Assembly (NCBI GenBank): GCA_964632865.1
Contig: CAZWDH010000002.1
Location: 3,960 to 67,959, forward strand
Origin: an uncultured Nitrospiraceae bacterium
Lineage (GTDB): Bacteria; Hydrogenedentota; Hydrogenedentia; Hydrogenedentales; SLHB01
Length of the DNA stretch: 64,000 bases
Direction of reading: 5' to 3'
The notes below the pieces were generated by a model. The model was not told where the DNA came from, did no database searches, and saw nothing but the letters and a program-made list of their open reading frames with translations. Of this stretch, positions 53,384 through 62,815 are shown piece after piece (position 1 is the first letter of the stretch; each line of letters starts with the position of its first letter). A program made the translations under genes and the position numbers.

Positions 53384-53917
53384 ATGAAAATGCAAATTGG
53401 ACACGGGACCATCGAAGTCGTTCAGGGGGATATTACGAAGGAGTCCGTGGACGCGATCGTGAATGCGGCGAATTCCGGTCTGCGCGGGGGAGGCGGTGTG
53501 GACGGGGCGATCCATCGCGCCGGCGGTCCAGCCATCATGGACGAATGCCGGAAGTTGGGTGGGTGCGACACGGGCGACGCAAAGGTCACGACGGGAGGTA
53601 ACTTACCCGCCAAACATGTTATCCATGCGGTGGGTCCCGTGTATCGCGACGGAAAACATGGCGAACCGGAGTTGTTGGCGAGCTGTTACCGGCGCAGCCT
53701 GGAAGTCGCGGCGGAGAACGGAGCGCGTACGGTTGCGTTTCCGGCCATCAGTTGCGGTGTGTATGGCTATCCCATTCCCGAAGCAGCGCGTATTGCGGTG
53801 GATACCGTGTCTGAGTTTCTGAAAGGGCACGATTCCATTGATTCAGTTCGGTTTGTGCTCTTCACAAACGACGTGCTCGACGCGTTCCGGAACGCATTGG
53901 AGTCGATCGCGTCGTGA
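53384..53917 (+). CDS. Macro-domain protein (O-acetyl-ADP-ribose deacetylase, YmdB/MacroD-like)
   Basis: GDITKESVDAIVNAANSGLRGGGGVDGAIHRAGG, HVIHAVGP and AFPAISCGVYGYP. Confidence 0.9.
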   Translation: MKMQIGHGTIEVVQGDITKESVDAIVNAANSGLRGGGGVDGAIHRAGGPAIMDECRKLGGCDTGDAKVTTGGNLPAKHVIHAVGPVYRDGKHGEPELLASCYRRSLEVAAENGARTVAFPAISCGVYGYPIPEAARIAVDTVSEFLKGHDSIDSVRFVLFTNDVLDAFRNALESIAS

Positions 53918-55041
53918 ATGGCGTTGGATACCGCCGAGTACTACCGATCTTGCGCATTCTATCTTTCGGCCTGTGTTGTTGGATCGTAGCATTCGCGGCA
54001 TCAGCGGATGATCAGGCGGACTTTCCCCCACTTCCCCAGTCCGACGGCCAAGCGACGATACCGGCGCAAGAGTGGCCGCGCCAGCCGGGGCCGCGCACGG
54101 TCGAAGTGTATCTGCACTATCCGGGAGGCGACATTTCCCAGGTCAACGAAGGCACCGGCCTGATGCTGAGCCTGCACAACTGGGGTGGCACGGGAGCAAC
54201 GGGTGCGCCGGACCCGGCGACGCTTGCGAATCGCTACAACGTGATTGCCATCAGCGTCGACTACGTGCAGAGCGGCAAGTACGAAGCGGAACTGGGGGTG
54301 CCTTACGACCACGGGTACTTCCAGGCGCTGGACGCCCTGCGGGCACTGTATTTCATGTGGGACGGGTTGGCCCAGGCGGGGATATCGTTCGCGAAAGGCC
54401 GCGTGTATGCCACGGGCGGATCGGGCGGGGGAAATGTGTCTCTCATGGTGAACAAGCTCGCGCCGCGCACCTTCGCGTGCATCATTGATATTTGCGGGAT
54501 GCCGAAGTTGAGCAACGACGTCGCCTTCAACTTGGAAGGCGGGAGCCGGCTTTATGCGGGGTACAGTGCCAACCCGGATGATCCGCGGTATCTCAATGCC
54601 GACGCGCAGGCGATTCGATTCGTAGGTCATCCCGAACATTCGCGGACTATGAACGCGTTGGGGAATGGCTGCAAAATTGTCATCGTGCATGGAACCACGG
54701 ACGAGGCGTGCCTCGTATCGGACGCGCGCGAGATGGCGGCGAACATGGCTGACGCGGGGCTGGATGTGGAACCACACTTCATCGAGGAAGCGGATCTTGA
54801 TGGGGAGATTCTAAAGACGACGGGGCATAGTCTTGGCGATCGGACTGAGATCGTGGAGAAGTTCGCGGGGGATTACCTGGCGCCCGATGGACCGAATGCG
54901 CTGGAGCGCGGGACGCCGTCGGATTTTGAGTCGCGGGATGAGAAGGTGCGGTACGAGACGGCGAACGGCGCGTTCGTCATTTCGTACGCGGCCGGATATC
55001 CGGTGGGCCGGTTCGAGCGACGGGCGACGGACGATGAGTAG
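53914..55041 (+). CDS. Secreted alpha/beta-hydrolase-fold protein (uncharacterised)
   Basis: GTG start overlapping the macro stop (GTGA). Signal peptide ...LCCWIVAFAASA. HNWGG (oxyanion-like), the nucleophile elbow ATGGSGGGN, and a late VIVHGTTDE block. Confidence 0.55.
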   Translation: MNGVGYRRVLPILRILSFGLCCWIVAFAASADDQADFPPLPQSDGQATIPAQEWPRQPGPRTVEVYLHYPGGDISQVNEGTGLMLSLHNWGGTGATGAPDPATLANRYNVIAISVDYVQSGKYEAELGVPYDHGYFQALDALRALYFMWDGLAQAGISFAKGRVYATGGSGGGNVSLMVNKLAPRTFACIIDICGMPKLSNDVAFNLEGGSRLYAGYSANPDDPRYLNADAQAIRFVGHPEHSRTMNALGNGCKIVIVHGTTDEACLVSDAREMAANMADAGLDVEPHFIEEADLDGEILKTTGHSLGDRTEIVEKFAGDYLAPDGPNALERGTPSDFESRDEKVRYETANGAFVISYAAGYPVGRFERRATDDE

Positions 55042-55108
55042 GCTCGCGCCAGAATGAAGATGGGTCTCCGACGGCTCGCAGCGATTACAGTGCTCTGAAG
55101 ATGCGCAA

Positions 55109-55981
55109 TTAGGAGAAGACTTGCCGCAGGTACTTTTCGTCGGCGGTGTAGCTTTCCATGAGGCCGAGGGGTTGGGCGCCTTCGATCTGAATCCAGCCGC
55201 TGTAACCGATGTCGTCCATGGCTTTCCGGACTTCAACAAAATCGACCTTGCCCTGCCCGAAGATGTGTTCGTAGTCCTTCGCGTGGAACTCGCAGATGTG
55301 TTCCGTGCCGAGATCGCGAATCTCCTGGTAGATGTCGTAGCCGCGAAGGTGGCTGTTGCCCACGTCATAGTACACCTTGACGTTTGGCGAACCGACGCGC
55401 TCGATGATCTCGAGGTGCTGAGGTCCGCTCAACCAGGATTCGATGGCAAGGTAGACGCCCGCTTCTTCGGCCTTGGGCGCGACCCGTTTCAGGCGTTCAA
55501 CCACGGTATCGACGCCTTGCGGATCGTCGCGGAGGTCGCCTTCGCTGAAGAAGGCGAGCAACACGACGTTTACCCCTAACGCCGTGCACACGTCGATACT
55601 GTCTCGAACCCACACCTCGGCGCGGGGATCGCTTTTGTAAGGGATTCGATTGAGTTCGCCGATGGCTAACGATGCGATCTCAACGCCCCCTTGCGATGCG
55701 GCGTCGAGGAACTGCTGCTGGATCTCCGGACGGCGCAAGTGCATGTCGTTGGCCTCGGTGCCGAGGCTGACCTGCACGCCGTCGAGACCCAGCTCCTTCG
55801 CAACGGTAAAGGCGCCGACGTCACTCTGCTTGCCCAGTGACCAGTCGCAAGCGCCAATGCGAAATCGCGGCGCAGTCTCCTGCGCCTTGATGACGGAAGG
55901 GAGAAACGTAATCGCCCCTGCCGCTGCGGTCATACGACGGAGCATCGTCCTGCGGGTTATACGGTGACCACGGTACTTCAT
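55109..55981 (-). CDS. Xylose-isomerase-like TIM-barrel protein (sugar phosphate isomerase/epimerase family) with Tat signal
   Basis: ATG at 55981. Tat leader ITRRTMLRRMTAAAGAITFLPSVIKAQ. AP-endonuclease-2/TIM pattern (GLDGVQV..., VVLLAFF..., YLAIE..., VYYDVGN..., FHAKD). Confidence 0.75.
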   Translation of the reverse strand: MKYRGHRITRRTMLRRMTAAAGAITFLPSVIKAQETAPRFRIGACDWSLGKQSDVGAFTVAKELGLDGVQVSLGTEANDMHLRRPEIQQQFLDAASQGGVEIASLAIGELNRIPYKSDPRAEVWVRDSIDVCTALGVNVVLLAFFSEGDLRDDPQGVDTVVERLKRVAPKAEEAGVYLAIESWLSGPQHLEIIERVGSPNVKVYYDVGNSHLRGYDIYQEIRDLGTEHICEFHAKDYEHIFGQGKVDFVEVRKAMDDIGYSGWIQIEGAQPLGLMESYTADEKYLRQVFS

Positions 55982-56004
55982 GCCGGCCTCCTTCGATGCT
56001 ACGA

Positions 56005-56925
56005 CTACTCGAACAACGAGTTCAGGGTCGCGTGCGAGCGTGTTGCGGGGAACCGTTCGCCGAACTTCACGAACTCCACATGCCCGTCGAAGTAGAGCGT
56101 ATTGCATCCCCCGGGAATGTGATTGTACCCGATCCCGCCGCTGGGATTCGTGCTGATCTTATCCCACATGATCGCCAACTCGCTTTGGGCCACCGCGGAC
56201 CCGGCCGGGTTGTTGATGTCGGTGACCATGAATCGTTCCACGCCTTCCTTCAGCCGGTTGATCGTATCGCCCGCGCCGTTGCCGTAACCCAAGCCGCCGA
56301 ATCCGTACGCCGCCAGATCAACCGGCTCATCGGTCACGTCGTCATCGGCGGGATCCATGTTAAAGAGAACACTGCCGAACATGAGCGATAGCCCGACCAT
56401 CTGCGCGGGACCGGGAAAGGGCGCGGCGACCGTCGGATCGGATTCGTCGACGCGATCGAGGACATAACCGAGATAGTTGTAGCTTTGGTCGGCATAGGTG
56501 ACTTCGTGCTCGTGCGCGCAGGTGCCGCTGCCGTCGTCGGCCACGATGAGGAGGGGATTGTCCGACCCGAGATCGCCGTCGGAAGGACAGAGCAGCACGT
56601 TCAGGTCGGTGAGGTACTCGGGATACACGGCCGGGATGCGGGGACCGAACGCGGTGTCGTCGTGGAACGAATCCGGATCGCATCCGGTCGCGTTGGCCGC
56701 GGCACCGAAGGCCTGATCGCCGTGTACGCGCGGCAAAGTCTCGCCAGTGCTTTCGTTGCCGTACATCTTGAACACGACACCCATCTGCTTCAGGTTGTTC
56801 TGGCAGGAGGCCCGCCGCGCCGCTTCGCGCGCCCGCGCCAGGGCGGGCAGCAGAATGGCGGCAAGGATGCCGATGATGGCAATAACAACCAGCAGTTCAA
56901 TCAACGTAAATCCACGTTTGCGCAT
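56005..56925 (-). CDS. DUF1559 / H-X9-DG protein with a prepilin-type N-terminal methylation motif
   Basis: [48 protein letters not shown]-terminal [15 protein letters not shown] (H-X9-DG region). Confidence 0.85.
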   Translation of the reverse strand: MRKRGFTLIELLVVIAIIGILAAILLPALARAREAARRASCQNNLKQMGVVFKMYGNESTGETLPRVHGDQAFGAAANATGCDPDSFHDDTAFGPRIPAVYPEYLTDLNVLLCPSDGDLGSDNPLLIVADDGSGTCAHEHEVTYADQSYNYLGYVLDRVDESDPTVAAPFPGPAQMVGLSLMFGSVLFNMDPADDDVTDEPVDLAAYGFGGLGYGNGAGDTINRLKEGVERFMVTDINNPAGSAVAQSELAIMWDKISTNPSGGIGYNHIPGGCNTLYFDGHVEFVKFGERFPATRSHATLNSLFE

Positions 56926-56937
56926 GATACTTCCTCG

Positions 56938-57786
56938 CTATTGCAGTCCCAGCAACGCGCGGGCGTTGTCGCGGAACACTTTTGCCTTCACATCCTCGGG
57001 CAAATCCATCTCACCATACAGACTGAATTGAACGACCTTCTGCCCCGGCGCGAGGTAGTCGGTTCCAAACAGGAGCCGGTCCGCGCGCCGAATCACGAAT
57101 TCTTTGCCAAACGCCATGTCGCGCATGATCGCGTTGGCGCCACTGCCTGCGGACAGATCCGCGTAGATGTTCGGGAACCGATCCATGAGCGCGTCCATAG
57201 CGCCGCCGGGCGTGACGGGCCGGTTCGGGTAGCTGCCCATGTCCTCTTGCGTGCAATCGCCGGAGATGGCGGCCCACCACCCGTTGGCGTGACCGATGAA
57301 GACGCCCTCGGGGACTTGCTCCAGGACTTTCGTGAGTCCGGGCAGGCCCGGTTGGTCCATGTTGCGTTGGTTGTCCATATGGAACAGCACGGGGAGCTTG
57401 GCCTCCGCGCAGGCCGCATAGATCTCCAGATTGCGGGGGTCGTCCATGGCGACTCCGCATTTGTGCTCGCCGAATCCCTTCGCGCCCGCTTCCTTGTACC
57501 GAAGCAGCAGATCGAGTTTGGCCTGGTATCCGCTCAGGTTGAGCGTGCGCGGGTCGATGGAACAAAAGGGAATCAACCGGTCGCGATACGGTTCCGTTTG
57601 AGACAACACATAGTCGGGCGTCAACACGTGATCCCACGACTCGGGCGAAATCAACGGCAGCACGGCGGCTTGCGCCACGTTCCGGCTGTCCATCCAACGC
57701 AGCAGCCCTTCGGGATCAAGGGGCGGACGGTTCCCCCATTTCTGACCGAGGTGGGTGTGTATGTCGAAGAAGGGGCCCGAGGCCAT
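56938..57786 (-). CDS. Amidohydrolase-2 family metal-dependent hydrolase (TIM barrel)
   Basis: FFDIHTHLG (HxH), ...FGEHKC..., ...VLFHMD..., ...IGHANG..., ...LFGTDY. 282 aa from the ATG at 57786. See the Tat-leader ORF directly upstream in the same frame. Confidence 0.75.
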   Translation of the reverse strand: MASGPFFDIHTHLGQKWGNRPPLDPEGLLRWMDSRNVAQAAVLPLISPESWDHVLTPDYVLSQTEPYRDRLIPFCSIDPRTLNLSGYQAKLDLLLRYKEAGAKGFGEHKCGVAMDDPRNLEIYAACAEAKLPVLFHMDNQRNMDQPGLPGLTKVLEQVPEGVFIGHANGWWAAISGDCTQEDMGSYPNRPVTPGGAMDALMDRFPNIYADLSAGSGANAIMRDMAFGKEFVIRRADRLLFGTDYLAPGQKVVQFSLYGEMDLPEDVKAKVFRDNARALLGLQ

Positions 57787-57798
57787 CGCGGCCGTTTC

Positions 57799-57915
57799 TT
57801 AGGGGTCATACCCGCGCGCGGTCAAACCGATTGCCATGGCGGCGGTCGCGCCGAGGAAGGTGCGCCGCGAGAGCATGTCAGATCGTTTGATCCGGTCATC
57901 TTTACTGCGTTCCAT
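57799..57915 (-). CDS. 38-codon ORF encoding only a Tat signal peptide, in frame with the downstream amidohydrolase and separated from it by TAA
   Basis: Hand translation: MERSKDDRIKRSDMLSRRTFLGATAAMAIGLTARGYDP-TAA-ETAA-MASGPFFDIHTH. AAGGA lies 7 nt upstream of the ATG at 57915. Too short to appear in the ORF track. Confidence 0.45.
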   Translation of the reverse strand: MERSKDDRIKRSDMLSRRTFLGATAAMAIGLTARGYDP

Positions 57916-57989
57916 GATCGTCCTTTCCATGCACTACACAACACGCCGGGTTGAGAACGGCGAGGGCGAGCCCTCGCACTCCATACGGA

Positions 57990-58715
57990 CTAATCCCACC
58001 AGAAGTAGAGTTTGCCTTTGGCCAGTTCGTCGGCCAAGGCTTCGACCGTGCCGGTTCCTTGATCGACAATGTCCGGGCAGAACTCGTACATGCGCTTGGC
58101 CAGCGCGGGCGCGTTATCCGGCGGCGTCACGAAGTACCCTTCCAGAAAATCCAGCCCGGCGCCGGTCAGGGTAAAGGGATTCTGCTCTTCCATACCGCGC
58201 AGCCAGGCGATGACTTCTGCGTTGTCCACGTCGAAATTGACGCCGTCCGTGCCGACGGCCTGGATGACTTCATACGGATCCGTCGTCGGCAGCAGTGCAA
58301 TTATGTCGGGTTGACCGCTGATACCGAAACGGCAGTCGATTCGAAACAGGAACGCTCCGTGCTTCAAGGCCGCCTGGTGCCACGCCAACAAGTTCCCCTC
58401 GGCGCTCTCGTACGACGCGGTCGCTTGATACGCGCCGCCTATCGCTTCCATCGGAGCAAATCGAAGTCCCAGTTCGTTCGACAATTGGCCCAGCGCACTC
58501 TGAAACTCCGGTTTGCCGCTCCGCTCGGAAAAGTCGATGGGAGAAGCCGGTGCAACATAGATCTCCGCGACCTGGGCCACCGGTGCAACCGCTTCAGCGG
58601 ATTCTTCAGGCGCCTTGGCGGACCAGCATGCGGAGACCAGCACCGTGAGTACAGTGCCCGCAACGGGAGGGAAAACTTTTCCCATCCCGGACTTCTGCGT
58701 GCGGTCTCGGCCCAT
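57990..58715 (-). CDS. DUF4253-like lipoprotein
   Basis: Lipobox LVSAC near the N-terminus. The C-terminal FCPDIVDQGTGTVEALADELAKGKLYFWWD matches the ORF at 1-564. Confidence 0.6.
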   Translation of the reverse strand: MGRDRTQKSGMGKVFPPVAGTVLTVLVSACWSAKAPEESAEAVAPVAQVAEIYVAPASPIDFSERSGKPEFQSALGQLSNELGLRFAPMEAIGGAYQATASYESAEGNLLAWHQAALKHGAFLFRIDCRFGISGQPDIIALLPTTDPYEVIQAVGTDGVNFDVDNAEVIAWLRGMEEQNPFTLTGAGLDFLEGYFVTPPDNAPALAKRMYEFCPDIVDQGTGTVEALADELAKGKLYFWWD

Positions 58716-58734
58716 TCCAACCTCCCTCGTGGAG

Positions 58735-61700
58735 TTACTCCAACGAAGTCAGATACGCAATCAAGCTTGCGAGGTCTTCTTTGCTGATGGTCTGCTCCCA
58801 GCCTTCAGGCATGATGGACAGATTATCGCTCTTGATGTCATCGATATTCACGCGGAGCACGGTGTCGGCCTCGCCGTTGGCGCGCTTGAGCGTGATGCTC
58901 GTCGCGGTTTCCGACGCGATGATGCCGCTGTGGGACTCCCAGTCACTGGTTTCGATCGTGTAGTTCACGTATTGGGGATTCACCTCGCGATTCGGATCGA
59001 GGACGTTCACAAGAATCTTGTCGGGACCGGCCTGGGCCACAGTCGAAAGGTCGGGACCGACCTCAAAGCCCACGCCCTGCACCTTGTGGCACTTGCTGCA
59101 GTTTTCGGTAAACACAGCCTTACCGCGCTCGGGATCGCCCTTCATGGCGAGCACGTCCTGGTACGCGTCCACGACTTCCTGGCGCGAGCCGAGATTGTAA
59201 TCGGCCAGCACGCGCTCCGCCTGGGCGCGGATATCCGCGTTGTCGTACGCGAGGAGGGAACGCACCCGCAGCGAATCGAGGTTCGTCGCGCGGAAGTCGC
59301 CTTCGCCGATGGCGTCCAGCAACTTGACCAGCCAGGGTTCCCGTGAAAACAGGGCTTCGATGGCTTGGGCGCGCAACGGTGGCGTCATGCCCGGCCAGGC
59401 TTCGAGGATGGCCGACGCGATTTCCAGGTTGTCGAACTTGCGCAAGGTGCCCAAGGCCGCACGTTGCACTTCCACCGGCTGACGTTGATCCAACATCGAA
59501 AAAAGGATCTCGTGGGTCTTGTCGTAGCTATCGAATCCGAGGGTCTGGATCGCGTCGACGCGGTTCGCAATTTCTTCGTCCGTGTTGCCCGCAACTTGAT
59601 GAGCCGATTCCAGCATCTGGGCCAGCAAGGCTTCCGCCCGCTCGCTCGACGCGAGCACGCCTTGCGCTTCGCCGCCTTTGCCGGCCTGCTTCATCCCCTG
59701 AATGAGCCCGCGCACGGCGTTCTGCGCCAGCGCATCTTCCTCCGATGGAAGCGCGTCAATTCGTTCGAGGGCAACGGTCACGTCAGAATCGAGACCCGTC
59801 GCGCCGACCTGCAACGCAAGATCTTCCAGAAACCCGCGACCCTCGTCGGACTTGCGGTAGTCCACGTCCTCGGCCAACGCAGCAAAGATCTCACCGGACC
59901 CGTAAACAGACGAACTCAACAGCGCGAGTCGGAACCATTGGTCGTCGCTGTGCGCTTTGGCAATATCCACCAAAGCCCCATTGCGATCCTCACCCTGGCA
60001 TTCGCCCAGCGAGAATGCGACCTGATACTGCACGCGTAGCTCCGGGTCATCCGCCAACGCGATGACCTTGCTGCGAAGCGCCTCGTTGTTCTCCCGAAGA
60101 AACGGCTCGGACAACCGGACGGCGTGTTCGCGGACGTGGTGATCGTTGTCCTTCAAAGCCATCGAAATCGTATCGGCATCGAGTTCGCCCATGCCGTCCA
60201 GCGCGTACAAGGCCTGAATGCGCCCCTCGGGGCGTGTCGCGTTGGACACGAGGTCGCGAATGTCGGACGCCACGGCAGTGTCCTGGCGCTCATAAAGCAA
60301 CCGGGCTGCCGTTTCGCGGTGCCAAGCGTTTGGATGATCGAGCAGCGTGACAAGCCCAGAGGATGGCGCGGGGCCGAGATTGGGAATCGCGGGTTGGGAG
60401 AACTCCTCGGGAACGATGCGGTAGATGCGCCCGCGGTCGCGCCCACTGGTCAGGTCGAGGTGTTTCTTGATCACCGGAGGCAGGCTGTCGGGATGTTCGA
60501 TGATCTCCCGGTACATATCGGCCACATACAATGCGCCGTCAGGTCCGTTCGCAAACTGGACCGGGCGGAACCAGATGTCGGACGAGGCGATGAACTCGAC
60601 CTTCTCCTCGCCTTCCGCGCGCTGGGCGGAGAGTTCGACGCCTTTTGGCGAAATCACTTTCCGATGGATGAGGTTGCTTCCCACATCGGCGATAAACGCG
60701 TTGCCGCGGTACTCCTCCGGCCACGCGTCGCCCCGATAGATGGTCACGCCCGTCGCGCTGGTAAAGTAGCCGGAAGCCGTGCCTCCGCCTTCCACGGGAC
60801 CGGGCACGAGCCCTTTCACGCGCAAGCGCGTGCGCACAATTCGCCACGGTTCGACGGGACTGATCCGAAACACGTCGGCGGAGGGACCGTCCACCGCGAT
60901 GCTGATACGGGGACCCGGCGCGGCGAGATAGGGATTGCGATCGATGTAGCGGTCTTCGAACATGACAAGCTGAATGTGGTCGCTGTTCGAGCAGACGAAT
61001 TTGCGGCCCCAGTCGTTGAAACTCATGCCGTGCTGCGCGCCACCGCTTTCGGGTCGAAGATCGCGCGTCACGGGATCAAAACTGAAATCGCGTCCTCGCA
61101 GCGAAATTGGCAGACGCGCGAGATCGTCCGCGGGCCGGACCTCCGCTCCGGAACTGCTCGTCGCGCCGTGAATGCGCGAGTCGAGGCCCCAGAGGAAGGT
61201 ATTCATGAGGCCTTGCACGTTCGTGAGATTGAACCCCGTGTAGACGACCTCCTTGATATCGGCCTGCCCGTCGCCGTCCGTGTCTTTGCAGTAGAGGATG
61301 TCCGGCGCAACGCCCACGAAGACACCGCCGTCGTAACACGCGACGGCCGTCGGCCAGGCGAGCCCGCCCACGTAGGTGGAGGCCTTGTCGTAGATGCCGT
61401 CGCCGTCGACGTCTTCCAGCATGCGGATCTCGCCGATGTTCTCGTCGCGCTCTTCGGAGTAGCCGCGCATCTCCACCACGAACAGACGGCCCTGTTCGTC
61501 GAAAGCCATTGCGATAGGGTCGCGCACGAGCGGTTCGGAGGCGACCAGTTCGATGCGGAACCCCGGTTTGATCTGGAACGTCGGCATGACGTCGGCCGGT
61601 TCGGTCGGAGGTATTCGGGGGAGTTCAGCGCTGTAGTCGCGATCCACGCTGTCTTCGTCGAGGGCGTTGTCTTGCGCGAGTGCGAAGAATGGAACTGTGC

Positions 61701-61764
61701 AGAACGCGGTGGCGAGCGCCGCCGAGTATAGACGACGGTATATCAATCGCATAGAATGAGTCAC
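58735..61764 (-). CDS. PVC-type membrane-bound-dehydrogenase-like protein: N-terminal beta-propeller, HEAT repeats, C-terminal CxxCH heme-binding domain
   Basis: Signal peptide. DGDGIYDK...DTDGDGQADI propeller region typical of the Pirellula/Verrucomicrobium N-terminal dehydrogenase domain. HEAT-like repeats (WHRETAARLL..., DNDHHVREHAVRL). C-terminal CSKCHKVQGVGFEVGPDLS cytochrome c motif. Confidence 0.8.
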   Translation of the reverse strand: MTHSMRLIYRRLYSAALATAFCTVPFFALAQDNALDEDSVDRDYSAELPRIPPTEPADVMPTFQIKPGFRIELVASEPLVRDPIAMAFDEQGRLFVVEMRGYSEERDENIGEIRMLEDVDGDGIYDKASTYVGGLAWPTAVACYDGGVFVGVAPDILYCKDTDGDGQADIKEVVYTGFNLTNVQGLMNTFLWGLDSRIHGATSSSGAEVRPADDLARLPISLRGRDFSFDPVTRDLRPESGGAQHGMSFNDWGRKFVCSNSDHIQLVMFEDRYIDRNPYLAAPGPRISIAVDGPSADVFRISPVEPWRIVRTRLRVKGLVPGPVEGGGTASGYFTSATGVTIYRGDAWPEEYRGNAFIADVGSNLIHRKVISPKGVELSAQRAEGEEKVEFIASSDIWFRPVQFANGPDGALYVADMYREIIEHPDSLPPVIKKHLDLTSGRDRGRIYRIVPEEFSQPAIPNLGPAPSSGLVTLLDHPNAWHRETAARLLYERQDTAVASDIRDLVSNATRPEGRIQALYALDGMGELDADTISMALKDNDHHVREHAVRLSEPFLRENNEALRSKVIALADDPELRVQYQVAFSLGECQGEDRNGALVDIAKAHSDDQWFRLALLSSSVYGSGEIFAALAEDVDYRKSDEGRGFLEDLALQVGATGLDSDVTVALERIDALPSEEDALAQNAVRGLIQGMKQAGKGGEAQGVLASSERAEALLAQMLESAHQVAGNTDEEIANRVDAIQTLGFDSYDKTHEILFSMLDQRQPVEVQRAALGTLRKFDNLEIASAILEAWPGMTPPLRAQAIEALFSREPWLVKLLDAIGEGDFRATNLDSLRVRSLLAYDNADIRAQAERVLADYNLGSRQEVVDAYQDVLAMKGDPERGKAVFTENCSKCHKVQGVGFEVGPDLSTVAQAGPDKILVNVLDPNREVNPQYVNYTIETSDWESHSGIIASETATSITLKRANGEADTVLRVNIDDIKSDNLSIMPEGWEQTISKEDLASLIAYLTSLE

Positions 61765-62015
61765 ACCTTTGTCTCGTTTGTGAATGCGGCGTGTGCCGCG
61801 GCCGACCAGTTGCCTCGTGCAGCGCGAGACATAGCGGGGAGCCTACCACGTACGGGGATCGCGTGCAAGGCGGGGTGCTGTAGAAGAGGGGAAGTTTAAT
61901 CAATCGCCCGCGCTCAGCCGATCCTTGTATCCAACGGCCCACATCGCTAGAATCGCGCGCCTCAGGTTGCACCGCCGAAATCTGGAGGCGGGCTATAAGG
62001 AAACACGCGCGTCCC

Positions 62016-62789
62016 ATGCTCCCGGAACTGATAGTCCTCATCGCTTTCATCATCGGTGGCATCGTTCACACGGTCGCCGGCTTTGGCTCGGCTCTCGTCA
62101 CCGTGACGCTCACGACGTTGATCATCGACATCCAGGTCGCCACGCCCCTCCAGGCCATGGCGGGCCTGTCGCTGTGCGTCTACATTTTCTATCAGCACCG
62201 CGCGCATTGGCTCTGGTTCGAGTCTTTGCCGCTCATCGTCGGCGTCGCTGCCGGAATTCCCTTCGGCACTTATGCGCTCACGTCCTTTCCTGAGTCCATC
62301 GTCCTGGGTTGCCTTGCCGTTGTCGTCCTCGGCTACGCGGTCTTCGATCTGATCGCCACGCGGCGGCGCGGCCAGGGCGAACTTATCGAGGACGGCGTTG
62401 ACGAACCGAGGGCCACGCGGACGCAAGTCGGCACGGCGACCATTGTCGGCGTGCTGTCGGGCCTTCTTGTGGGGGCTTTTGCGGCAGGCGGACCGCCTGT
62501 CGTGATTTACGCGGCCATTCGCGGATGGCACAAGGAACGATTCAAATCCATCCTTCAGAGCCAATTCATCTTCAGCGGCGTCTTCCTGCTTCTTTGGCAG
62601 GCGTACTACGGTCTCATCACGCGAACGGTCGGCTGGTTCGCGCTCTTCGCCTTCCCGGGGCTCCTCGCAGGGGTGCTCGCCGGACGGATTATTGACCGCC
62701 GAATCGACCACGCTCGGTTCCGAAAACTCGTCCTCGCCATGCTGATCATACTCGGCGTAACACTTCTAACCCGGGCGCTCGCCGGATAG
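62016..62789 (+). CDS. TauE/SafE (TSUP, DUF81) family anion exporter
   Basis: About 8 TMs with an internal duplication. N-terminal GGIVHTVAGFGSALV and second-half GLLVGAFAAGGPP. Confidence 0.75.
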   Translation: MLPELIVLIAFIIGGIVHTVAGFGSALVTVTLTTLIIDIQVATPLQAMAGLSLCVYIFYQHRAHWLWFESLPLIVGVAAGIPFGTYALTSFPESIVLGCLAVVVLGYAVFDLIATRRRGQGELIEDGVDEPRATRTQVGTATIVGVLSGLLVGAFAAGGPPVVIYAAIRGWHKERFKSILQSQFIFSGVFLLLWQAYYGLITRTVGWFALFAFPGLLAGVLAGRIIDRRIDHARFRKLVLAMLIILGVTLLTRALAG

Positions 62790-62815
62790 CGTCGAGCTCT
62801 CATGGGTGCGCTCCG

